Source: an uncultured Gammaproteobacteria bacterium
GTDB taxonomy: Bacteria > Patescibacteriota > Microgenomatia > JALYQM01
Length of the DNA: 64,000 nucleotides
NCBI GenBank assembly: GCA_964525495.1
Contig: CAZGHS010000005.1
Coordinates: 12,599-76,598 of the forward strand
Reading direction: 5' to 3'
A program made the translations under genes and the position numbers. Positions within the stretch are counted from its first letter, which is position 1, and every line of letters starts with the position of its first letter. Positions 28,425 through 37,938 of the stretch are shown here, one piece after another. The notes under the pieces are model-generated. The model was given only the letters and a program-made list of their open reading frames with translations. It ran no database searches and was not told where the DNA came from.

Positions 28425-28829
28425 ATGGAAAAAAAACCAAGTAAAAAACTAATTATTTCAGTTGTAGTCGTTATTGTTCTAGGACTTTGGGTCGCTGGAT
28501 CAATAGCATTAGGTTTGGAGTATTGGAATCTCAAACAAAAAACAGAAAAGAATGATGCAAAAGCTGTAGTAGAAAAACTTAAAGTTCTTATGACTGTTCC
28601 AGCAGAAGAGCCTCTCGTTGCTACTATTACTGATGCAATTAAGCTTAAGCAATCAGAACCGTTTTATAAAAATGCACAAAATGGAGATAAGGTGGTTATC
28701 TGGAAAGATAAAGCTGTTATCTATCGCATGGATCAAAACAAGATCGTAGATTTTGGTGTTGTAATTCGGACCCAGCAGCCAGGTGTAGCTGGTGTAGCGA
28801 CCCCGTCAGGTGAACAAGAAAATAGATAA
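28425..28829 (+). CDS. Small single-pass membrane protein of a family common in CPR
   Basis: N-terminal TM, then P.EEP.VATI.D..KL...PFY.NA.NGDKV....KA.IYR...NKIV. Confidence 0.7.
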   Translation: MEKKPSKKLIISVVVVIVLGLWVAGSIALGLEYWNLKQKTEKNDAKAVVEKLKVLMTVPAEEPLVATITDAIKLKQSEPFYKNAQNGDKVVIWKDKAVIYRMDQNKIVDFGVVIRTQQPGVAGVATPSGEQENR

Positions 28830-28866
28830 TTCAAAATAAGCTACAAAAGATATAAAATACCCTTAA

Positions 28867-30493
28867 ATGAAGAAATATCTCATTGTCATACTCTTTCTTG
28901 CAGCTATATTTCGCATCCCATTTCTAGATACTCACATGCCAGCCTTATATGGTGACGAGATATCAATCGGATATAATGCTTATTCAATCTTAACAACAGG
29001 CAAAGATGAGTTTGGGAAATTTCTTCCAATACAGTTTGAATCATGGGGCGACCAAAAAAATCCGGTCTACATCTATATTGTTTCTCTTTTCCAGATTGTG
29101 TTTAAGCTATTGGAGTGTGCGATTACCTTCAGCTCTTGCCGGCATTGGCGCGGTATATCTTACGTATCTATTATCCAAAACATTACTAAGTCTTAAATCA
29201 GATAAAGATAAAAACGTCGAAGTAACATCACTTATAGCAGCACTATTACTCGCCTGTAGCCCATGGCACATACATATTAGTAGGGGAGGGTATGAGGCAA
29301 ACCTCGCGCTCGCTTTAGGATTACTTGGAATAATATATCTTATAAATTTTATTGCTAACCCCTCTTCTAAAGCTTTTTATATAAGTTTGGGAGCATTCAC
29401 TCTTAGCATGTACACCTACTACACCACCAAAATGTTTATTCCTTTACTTATTATAGTTCTATTACTTTGGGGATGGGTGTATCTACAAAAATCAAAAACA
29501 TATGTCGTTCATTCACTAAAATATCTCGCGTTATTTTTTATAGTATGTCTTCCTATTGGGTATCTCGGTTTATTCGACAAGGGACAAGCACGGTTCCAGA
29601 CGATAAACATTTTTGCAAATCCTCAAGTACAGGAACGCGTTATCGCAGCACGAGCAAAATATCCCGCAGATTCATTCACTGTGTCATTACTTGAGAACAA
29701 ATACACATACTATGTAAGAGACTTCTTGGAGTATTATTTTGATAATCTTTCAGGACAATTCTGGTATGTATCGGGCGACAGCTCGCTACGATACACAGTA
29801 GGTAATCACGGAATGTTTTATCTTATCGAAGTCCCATTTCTTCTGATAGGTATTATCCTCATGTTCAAAAACAATAAAAAGGTCGCAGTACTACTTTTAG
29901 CCTGGCTATTGCTCGCACCACTACCTACGTCGCTTGTAGGAAAAGCCTATGGCCTGCGCTCCTTAGCAATGCTTCCTATACCGATGATTTTTGTAGCATA
30001 TGGTCTCGCGAATTCGCTCAACGCAGTCAGAAAATACAAATATCCTGCTATTGTGTCGGTTGCTGTTATCTACTGCATCTCAGTCATAAACTGGTCAGCA
30101 CGATACATAGTGCTTTATCCAACGTATGGACAATACTGGTATGACAGTATGCAGAAGGAAATGATTGATTATGCAAAAGCAAACGAAGACGACTATGATA
30201 ACATCATTCTAACGCGATTCTATGGTAAAACAGAAATGTATTATGCGTTCTATGAAAAAGTGGAGCCACAACAATACCAAGAGCTAAGTCAGAAAAAAAC
30301 CGAAATAGCAAATACACCTATGGTAAAATTTGGTAAATACTATTTCGGAGACATCGCAACAGCAGGTAAAGATTTTTCGCAATTACAACTCCCCCCACGC
30401 ACACTTGTAGTAGCTTCTCCGCAATTTGCATTTGGAACAGAAACGATCAACGCCAAAGACGATAAACGAATTCTATTCAAAGTAGTAAAATAG
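28867..30493 (+). pseudogene. GT-C (PMT/ArnT-like, GT39/GT83-type) glycosyltransferase split by a +1 frameshift at ~29100 (or sequencing error)
   Basis: Frame 28867 gives LYGDE..GYNAYS...GKDE.G..LP..F...GD.K.P.YIY; frame 29006 continues SYWSVRLPSA...SPWH..SR..YEAN. Together they align with the neighbouring paralogues. Confidence 0.85.
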
Positions 30494-30500
30494 ACAGATT

Positions 30501-32249
30501 ATGAAAGAAAAAATCCTCCTCAGTCTCATCATCCTCGCTGCAATAGTTATTCGTTTTTATAATCTTGGCCAAAATCCTCCCTCACTTTACTGGGATGAAA
30601 TAGCCTTGGGCTACAATGCCTATTCGATTGCCGAAACTGCAAAAGACGAGGAAGGTGCCTTCCTGCCTGTTCAATATTTTAGGTCATTTGGAGATTTTAA
30701 ACCGCCTGTATATATATATGCAGCCGTCCCGATGATCAAGCTATTGGGCTTAAATGAGTGGACCACTCGATTTCCTTCTGCTTTCTTCGGAACGCTTTCT
30801 ATAATAGTAACGTATTACCTAACAAGAAAAATCCTCATACGACAGACAAAATCAAATAAAGAAAACGAATTTTTAACTCAAAAAAGAATAAATTATATCG
30901 CTCTCATAGCAGCACTACTCCTAGCCCTATCGCCGTGGCATACACAAATATCACGAGTCGCGTATGAGGCAAATGTTGCGCATTTCCTAGCTTTAGTCGG
31001 AATATGGTTTTTCTTCATCGGCTTAGATAAACATAAATGGAAGCTAGGGTTCTTTCTCGGTTCTGGAATCAGTTTTACGCTCGCTATGTACACATTTAAC
31101 TCAAGTAGGGTATTTATACCGCTTTTGGTAGCGTCACTCCTATTTATATATATTAAGGAATTAGTGTCAAAAGAACAGCGCAATCTGAAGCCGTTCATTA
31201 TAGCGGCAATTATTTCTTTAGTATTAACCTTACCAGCACTACAACACATGCTGTCATCACAGGGTCAGTTGAGATATAAGGAAGTAAATATTTTTTCTAA
31301 CCAGGAGGTAGTCAAGCTCTCAAATCAACGCATTGAGCAAGCAGGTCACGCCTGGTGGGCAAACATTTTTAATAACAGACGAGTATTATTCGCTCAGGAC
31401 TGGCTCGACGGCTATTTTAGGCATTTTTCCGCGAAATTCCTACTTATATCTGGAGACGTAAACCCACGTTTTTCAATACAAGACATCGGTCAGCTCTACT
31501 TAGTAGAAATACCATTCCTTCTTATTGGTTTATATGTGATGCTCTCGCGACCAAATAAAAACTATGCATTTATCTTAGTTTGGTTACTGATGGCCCCTAT
31601 ACCTGCAGCATTTGCGCGCGAAGTACCTCACGCGCTACGAACATTAAATATACTTCCTACATTCCAAATTATAACTGCACTAGGATTTCTCTATACGATA
31701 TATGCGCTGCAACAGCGTGCAGGTAAATTCAATAGATATGCTGCACAAGGGATTATCGCAGGAAGCACGATATTGCTTATCGGACAACTATACTATTATC
31801 AGCACAATTATTACGACCACTACCCTAAATACTCTGAAACCGAATGGCAATATGGCTACAAACAAATGATGCAGGAGCTTTCTAAAATTGATCAAAATTA
31901 CGATCGCGTAGTTATCACCGATGGTCTAGGTCGCCCCTATATAAATGTACTCTTCTATAAACAATATTCACCTGCACTGTTCCAAGTCGAGCGAAAAGCA
32001 GAAACTGATCAAACAGGGTTTGGATTTATTAATGTATATGCTTTTAATAAATACCAATTTAGAGGAATAAATTGGAAAAAAGAGATAGCAGATCAGAAAA
32101 CAGAGGAAAAAGTATTAGTAGTAGGCACTCCGCAAGAAATTGAGGAAAACAAATTCACAAAGGCAACAGTAAAAAACCTCAAAGGACAAACTGTATTCAT
32201 ACTGAATGAAATACCCAAAGGACAGGATGCCTTACTTGAACTCAAATAA
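30501..32249 (+). CDS. GT-C (PMT/ArnT-like) membrane glycosyltransferase
   Basis: LYWDEIALGYNAYS, GDFKPPVYIY, RFPSA, SPWH..SR.AYEAN; many TM helices; C-terminal WQYGYKQ domain. Confidence 0.9.
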   Translation: MKEKILLSLIILAAIVIRFYNLGQNPPSLYWDEIALGYNAYSIAETAKDEEGAFLPVQYFRSFGDFKPPVYIYAAVPMIKLLGLNEWTTRFPSAFFGTLSIIVTYYLTRKILIRQTKSNKENEFLTQKRINYIALIAALLLALSPWHTQISRVAYEANVAHFLALVGIWFFFIGLDKHKWKLGFFLGSGISFTLAMYTFNSSRVFIPLLVASLLFIYIKELVSKEQRNLKPFIIAAIISLVLTLPALQHMLSSQGQLRYKEVNIFSNQEVVKLSNQRIEQAGHAWWANIFNNRRVLFAQDWLDGYFRHFSAKFLLISGDVNPRFSIQDIGQLYLVEIPFLLIGLYVMLSRPNKNYAFILVWLLMAPIPAAFAREVPHALRTLNILPTFQIITALGFLYTIYALQQRAGKFNRYAAQGIIAGSTILLIGQLYYYQHNYYDHYPKYSETEWQYGYKQMMQELSKIDQNYDRVVITDGLGRPYINVLFYKQYSPALFQVERKAETDQTGFGFINVYAFNKYQFRGINWKKEIADQKTEEKVLVVGTPQEIEENKFTKATVKNLKGQTVFILNEIPKGQDALLELK

Positions 32250-32258
32250 AGGATTTCT

Positions 32259-33995
32259 GTGCGACTAAAACTTCTTATAGCAATCATCTTCTTAGCTGCT
32301 GTACTCAGATTTTCGGGACTAGGATCAAATCCTCCAAGTCTGAACTGGGACGAAATTGCCATTGGCTGGAATGCCTATTCAATTCTACAAACAGGAAAAG
32401 ACGAGTTTGGACAGTATCTGCCATCTACATTTCGCTCGTTTGACGACTATAAATCTCCTGCATACATCTATGCAACAACTATTTCTATTGCACTATTCGG
32501 CAAAACAGAGTTCGCAGTCCGCTTCATGTCGGCATTAGCGGGAACAGCAACTGTGCCGCTGATGTATTACTTTGTAAAAACGTTACTTGTACAGAAAAAA
32601 GATGATACACCCAAAGACCAATACTGGATAAATAGAATAGATAATATGGCACTTTTTTCAGCAGGAATGTTAGCAATAACGCCATGGCATATTCACTTTT
32701 CTCGAGTCGCATTTGAGTCAAACTTTGCATTGTTTTGGGAAGTGCTCGGGGCGTGGCTCTTCCTGTTATCGTTACATAAATTCAAACAAAGCACGGTACT
32801 ACTTTTTGCTTCAGTCATAGCCTTCGGTATAGCACTTTACTCATATGCAAATGCACGGCTCTTCATAGTTCTTTTATTAATGGGATGGGGGATCTATTTC
32901 TTCAGAAAGCTTCTGAGCATGAAGAAAGGTTTAATTTTTGCAATAATCTTTGGTCTAATAATAGCGGTGCCTTTGATAAATCAGATGACGCAGGGAGTCG
33001 GTCTAGCACGATTCCAGGCGACGTCGATAGTTAATCGCCCAGAAGTATTCGCACGCAATAAAGAGCAGGCAGTAGAAGATTATCACGATGGGCAAGGCAC
33101 ATTAAGTGTCGTAGTACACAATGTGCGCCTTCCTTTAGTTCGGCAAGTTATTCAAAACTATTTAGACCATTACCAGTATTCATTTTTAGTCGTCAAAAGT
33201 GATTTACCCCGACATCAAGTTCCAGGCTTTGGATTACTCTATCCTTGGCAACTACCCCTCATTATTATCGGTACTGTATTTTTAATAAGCAGAAGAAAAC
33301 ACATCAATGCATTCCTACCACTCTGGTGGCTTCTGATTGCTCCCATACCGGCTGCAATCACCTGGCAAGTACCGCACTCAATTCGTTCACAACTCATGCT
33401 CCCTATACTCAGTATACTTTCTGCTATTGGACTATGGGCACTTTTAAAATATTTCCAACAGCTTGATTTGATTTCATATACACGATCACAAAAAAATAGA
33501 CTCATGTATACAGCGCATTGGGTGGGACCAAAAGTAGCATTTCTAGGGATTCTGGGTATAATTGGGCTATCTACGCTCCACTTTTCGCTCAACTATCAGC
33601 TCTATCTCCCTAAAGAATTCGCCAAGCAATGGTTGTATGGCCGTAAAGAAATGGTCGAAATAGTTGAGGCGGAAAAAGATAAATATGACACAATTATTGT
33701 AGATCTTTCAGTCGATTGGGCATATCTCTGGTTTTTGTGGTACGGAAACTACACGCCAGAGTGGTATTTAGCACAAGGAGGCACAGTCAGTGGTGGTTTC
33801 GAAGAAACTCAGAATAAGATAGGCAAGATTCAATTTAAACCATTCAATTTTGACCCTACATACTTTGGTTCGCAAAACATGCCGCCCAATTCGCTCTTTA
33901 TCGCCTTACCTGAGAGATTCCCTGGGAAACTCATACCATATAAAATGGTAAGAGATCCGGCGGGGAAACCAGCCATATATATTGTAAAAAGTTGA
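32259..33995 (+). CDS. GT-C (PMT/ArnT-like) membrane glycosyltransferase
   Basis: LNWDEIAIGWNAYS, DDYKSPAYIY, PWHIHFSRVAFESN; GTG start preceded by AAGGA. Confidence 0.9.
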   Translation: MRLKLLIAIIFLAAVLRFSGLGSNPPSLNWDEIAIGWNAYSILQTGKDEFGQYLPSTFRSFDDYKSPAYIYATTISIALFGKTEFAVRFMSALAGTATVPLMYYFVKTLLVQKKDDTPKDQYWINRIDNMALFSAGMLAITPWHIHFSRVAFESNFALFWEVLGAWLFLLSLHKFKQSTVLLFASVIAFGIALYSYANARLFIVLLLMGWGIYFFRKLLSMKKGLIFAIIFGLIIAVPLINQMTQGVGLARFQATSIVNRPEVFARNKEQAVEDYHDGQGTLSVVVHNVRLPLVRQVIQNYLDHYQYSFLVVKSDLPRHQVPGFGLLYPWQLPLIIIGTVFLISRRKHINAFLPLWWLLIAPIPAAITWQVPHSIRSQLMLPILSILSAIGLWALLKYFQQLDLISYTRSQKNRLMYTAHWVGPKVAFLGILGIIGLSTLHFSLNYQLYLPKEFAKQWLYGRKEMVEIVEAEKDKYDTIIVDLSVDWAYLWFLWYGNYTPEWYLAQGGTVSGGFEETQNKIGKIQFKPFNFDPTYFGSQNMPPNSLFIALPERFPGKLIPYKMVRDPAGKPAIYIVKS

Positions 33996-34018
33996 GTAAA
34001 ACGGTATCCTATCGATAT

Positions 34019-34585
34019 ATGAAAAATGCAAAAATAGGTGTATTAGTACTTTTAATTGCGATAGCATTCACATCGTGTAGCTCAAAGCAACCAACAGAGT
34101 CGATCAGTCAAAGCGCAAATACTGTTGCATCCGCAGCTCCTCAAATTGATCCACAAGTACTCAAAGATACGTCAAAATGGAAGAAAGTTTCAAGCGATTC
34201 TCGATTTTTCAAATTTAACTTAATGGTTCCTGAAGGTGCAAAATATCAGTTCTCACCAGATACCGTCATGGGAACAGAAAACGGCGTATTTATCGCAGAA
34301 GATAGATTTCCGAACGGCTTAACTATTGAATACAATGCATTAAACGACCGAGATGCCCGGACTGTCACATTCAAATCTGACTATGTTAAGGGTAAACCAT
34401 CAGATATTGATTTTGGATTACCGAACGCAATAGTCGCGGAAGGAACGAATACTCGGGGACTCGCATATACACGTTACTTAGTTCGTAAAGATGACAATCT
34501 GTATATTCTATCAATCCAGACCAAGAACCCAGCGTATACCGAGGTATATAAAAACATAATCAAGAGCTTCAAAATCGAGAAATAA
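34019..34585 (+). CDS. Putative lipoprotein (possibly PsbP-like fold)
   Basis: MKNAKIG + hydrophobic stretch + FTSC lipobox-like motif; ends ...YKNIIKSFKI. Start moved to ATG 34019. Confidence 0.6.
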   Translation: MKNAKIGVLVLLIAIAFTSCSSKQPTESISQSANTVASAAPQIDPQVLKDTSKWKKVSSDSRFFKFNLMVPEGAKYQFSPDTVMGTENGVFIAEDRFPNGLTIEYNALNDRDARTVTFKSDYVKGKPSDIDFGLPNAIVAEGTNTRGLAYTRYLVRKDDNLYILSIQTKNPAYTEVYKNIIKSFKIEK

Positions 34586-34592
34586 AATCTAA

Positions 34593-35265
34593 ATGAATCA
34601 CTTTCGATTCAATTCTTATCTGCCTACATTAAGTAGCATTTCAGATGTTATAAAGCAGATGGAGTTACTCCAAGCAGAGCTTGAATCAAGCGATCTACGA
34701 AACCTACGTTTTTTTAATCGAACCTATCTGTTGATCACCCTAGCCGTACAAAACAAACTTGGTGCTCACTTTCTCGACAATGATCAACGCATGGTCAATT
34801 TTGACATCGCCTTTGCCAAATACTATTTTGATGCGCTAAGAGAATATTGCCTAAATAAGCAAATCGCACCTGCTTGGCAACAGTGTTTCGAAAGCGCGCG
34901 CTCCAAAAAACTACCTCATACTATATATGGCGCTCGGAGTCAACGCACACGTCAATAACGACCTGCCACTCGTACTCCAAGGCTGTCAATTAGGAAATGA
35001 ATACAAATCAGATTTTAAAAAAATAAATACAGTAATCGCGCAACAATTACACGACGTTTTTAATTCATTGCATGAAACAGATCTACTATTCCGACTCCTC
35101 ATACAGCTTCAAATAATATTTTTTCCACTACTTAGCGCGACTATCGGGAATTGGAGAGCTGCTGCTTGGAACAACTACGAAAAATTGTTAGCAGGAGAAA
35201 CTAACAAAAATAAAATTGAACACGAAGCATGGTTAGGTAGCCAATTCCTTCTCAAATTGTCGTAA
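34593..35265 (+). pseudogene. DUF5995-like protein split by a +1 frameshift near 34905-34910 (or sequencing error)
   Basis: First frame F...YL.IT..V...FD..FA.YYF.A....P.W...F; second frame LGVNAHVNNDLP...DF.KIN.V. These look like two halves of one family. Confidence 0.7.
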
Positions 35266-35754
35266 TTGATCAATCTGTGTTGTAGTAGGCCGAATAAACG
35301 TACGAACTTTTTTAACAAATTCGTACGCATCCTGAAATGTCATACCAGTAAACATTAAATAAGCGATTACCATTGAAGGACCTCGGCCTTCACCCCAGTG
35401 GCAATGAACGTACACACTCCCGCCTTTTTTTATCTCCTCATCCATAAACTGTACTCCCTTCCTTAAATTCTCAAGCGTTGGCGCATGAAAGTCAGGGGTA
35501 GGTAAGTGCAATATACGAAAATCTTGTTGAGCAGTCGGATTATGAATCGCGCTCATACGCATGTTCACAATGGCTGTAATACCAAGCTTTTTAAGTGAAG
35601 ATATACGCCTCAAGCTATACTGACCACCCAAAAACAGATTTTTAGTCAACATACTTCGTTTCACTTGCGGCATCCCTCGTACATGCAGCCAAAGGTGATC
35701 GATAGCCCGTTGTATTTCTACTCGTAATTTAGCAAAGTAGTTAAATATACTCAT
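35233..35754 (-). CDS. Dual-specificity (Cys-based) phosphatase, PTPMT1-like
   Basis: LFLGG, GITAIVNM, LPTPDFHAP (general-acid Asp), VYVHCHWGEGRG (HCx5R), AYLM. Confidence 0.9.
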   Translation of the reverse strand: MSIFNYFAKLRVEIQRAIDHLWLHVRGMPQVKRSMLTKNLFLGGQYSLRRISSLKKLGITAIVNMRMSAIHNPTAQQDFRILHLPTPDFHAPTLENLRKGVQFMDEEIKKGGSVYVHCHWGEGRGPSMVIAYLMFTGMTFQDAYEFVKKVRTFIRPTTTQIDQLRQFEKELAT

Positions 35755-35760
35755 ACAAGA

Positions 35761-36645
35761 TTATGCAGTGGGAACTAATATCCGCAGTGCTTGTGGAATA
35801 ATTTTAGCGCTAATATTTTTTGTTGTCATTTCTAAATCATCACACATAACTGTTTGACTAGAAGGCACAACAATCGATACTTCCTTAGCTTGCCAATGTG
35901 AATACACGTCCTCAGCTTTTTGCTGCATTAAAGCACTTCCCGCAGCTTTCATAACCGAAGGGAGATCACCCTTATGCAAAACTATTACATCAAGCATTCC
36001 ATCAGTGCTATCACTATCCGGAACCATCGAGACATCTTGAAGTCCAATATTGCCGACATTTCCAATCACGATAGCCACACCTTCAACATCTTTCGTTACA
36101 CCATCAATTATCAAAGAATATTTCTGAGGTTCAGATTGTAAAATATGAGAAATTGCAGTAACACCATATGCCAACTGTCCGATAGCCGCCTTCAAATTCG
36201 GATCTGCTTTAGATACCATATCAGCAACAAAGCCTATATTAATACGCAAAAGAAAATAATCATCACCGCACATGCCAATATCCATCCGCTTTTCAGTTAG
36301 AGAACCGGTCTTTATGAGATCAAGAGCGGCTTTACTATCGATAGGCATTTTTAACTCTTTAGCAACAACATTCGCAGTGCCACCAGGCAGTACAAACATA
36401 GGAATATCTTGATGAGCCAAAGCTTGCGCTACCTGACAGACCGTACCGTCACCTCCATAAACACATATAAGATCAGCTCCTGAGTGTATTAAACCTTCTG
36501 CAAATTCCTTTGCATCGCCCTCTTTTTTAGTAACAAGCACGTCCCAATGAATCTCCGAATCCTTAAAAGCTTCAGCTATAAAAGACAAAATAGCTTCATC
36601 TTTACCTGAAACCGGATTGACAATTATTTTAATATTTTTATACAC
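35761..36645 (-). CDS. Soluble diacylglycerol/lipid kinase family protein (YegS/DgkB-like)
   Basis: IIVNPVSG, GGDGTV, LPGGTANVVA, DGMLDV. Start probably GTG (MYKNIK) rather than 36666. Confidence 0.9.
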   Translation of the reverse strand: MYKNIKIIVNPVSGKDEAILSFIAEAFKDSEIHWDVLVTKKEGDAKEFAEGLIHSGADLICVYGGDGTVCQVAQALAHQDIPMFVLPGGTANVVAKELKMPIDSKAALDLIKTGSLTEKRMDIGMCGDDYFLLRINIGFVADMVSKADPNLKAAIGQLAYGVTAISHILQSEPQKYSLIIDGVTKDVEGVAIVIGNVGNIGLQDVSMVPDSDSTDGMLDVIVLHKGDLPSVMKAAGSALMQQKAEDVYSHWQAKEVSIVVPSSQTVMCDDLEMTTKNISAKIIPQALRILVPTA

Positions 36646-36741
36646 AACAGTATAAATATAACACACACCAACAACATTAATAGCAGTGATGAATAACCGA
36701 TTCTAAAAACCTATCGAGAGCAGTATAATAGCAAATACTGC

Positions 36742-37929
36742 ATGAAAAACTATATCAACCTTATCCCCATCCTATTCGGATTACTAATAATAATACTAAC
36801 GGTTTTCTTTCTGTCCATGAAATCTAAAAATAATTCTACCACGGATAACACACAAGCCATTCTTCAATCCTCATGGCAGCAGTACAAAAAAGATTTCATC
36901 ACGCCAGAAGGTAGAGTAGTGGATCCAACGCAGAACAACACCACAACATCCGAAGGCCAAAGCTATGCGCTACTGCGCTCTGTCTGGATAAACGACAAGA
37001 TAATGCTTGACAGGGTCTGGAAATTTACCAAAGAAAATATGAAGCGCCCTTCAGATAATCTCTTCGGATGGAAGTGGGGTCGGAGATCAGACAACACAAA
37101 TGGGCCCCCACCAAATGGAGGAGAGGGTTCCGCAAGTGATGCATCAAACGACATCGCACTAGCCTTAATCCTAGCTTCTAATAAATGGAACGATCCCGCG
37201 TACATTACTGAAGCAAAATTAGTGCTCACAAGTTTGTGGGAAGTAGAAACCGCTGAAGCAAACGGCAAAAGATACCCAACAGCAGGAAATTGGGCTACTT
37301 CAAACACAGAAATAGTGATTAACCCATCATATTTCACTCCGTATGCCTGGAGAATTTTCGCAGCAGTCGACCAAGATCACGATTGGAACTCACTGATAAA
37401 TCCATCCTACGAGCTTTTAACGAAAGCATCACAAAGCAATTTAGATAAATCGTCATCAGCAAATCTGCCTCCGGATTGGGTTATTATAAACAGGCAAACA
37501 GGAGAATTATCTGCAGTAAAAAATCCCGATCTTACCACCAAATACTCCTACGACGCGATCCGTATACCATGGCGAATCGCTCTAGATTATCAATGGAACA
37601 AAGATCCACAAGCAGCAACCTATTTAAGTCAATTAAAATTTTTGTCACAAGAATACAATCAAAACAAAAAACTTTTTGCTGAACATACACATGATGGTCA
37701 AATAGTGGGAAGATATGAAAGTGCTTCAATGTATGCAACTGCCCTGGGATATTTCATGATTCACGACAAAAAAAATGCTGATGAGATATATCAACAAAAA
37801 ATCCTTCAGCAATACGTCACTACAGAAAATACATTTAAAAAAGATGTACCTTATTACGAACAAAACTGGCTATGGTTTGGAATAGGACTGTATAAAGATG
37901 TACTTACAAGGTATAACATTACTAAGTAA
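36742..37929 (+). CDS. Membrane-anchored glycoside hydrolase family 8 (endoglucanase, BcsZ-like)
   Basis: N-terminal TM; TTSEGQSYAL, SASDA..DIA.AL, NPSY, YSYDAIRIPWR, YYEQ. Confidence 0.9.
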   Translation: MKNYINLIPILFGLLIIILTVFFLSMKSKNNSTTDNTQAILQSSWQQYKKDFITPEGRVVDPTQNNTTTSEGQSYALLRSVWINDKIMLDRVWKFTKENMKRPSDNLFGWKWGRRSDNTNGPPPNGGEGSASDASNDIALALILASNKWNDPAYITEAKLVLTSLWEVETAEANGKRYPTAGNWATSNTEIVINPSYFTPYAWRIFAAVDQDHDWNSLINPSYELLTKASQSNLDKSSSANLPPDWVIINRQTGELSAVKNPDLTTKYSYDAIRIPWRIALDYQWNKDPQAATYLSQLKFLSQEYNQNKKLFAEHTHDGQIVGRYESASMYATALGYFMIHDKKNADEIYQQKILQQYVTTENTFKKDVPYYEQNWLWFGIGLYKDVLTRYNITK

Positions 37930-37938
37930 AATTAAATT

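Noticed and set aside
29054-29060. A7 run as slippage site for the split GT-C
   Set aside because: Paralogue similarity (K.P.YIY) continues in the first frame about 40 nt past the run.
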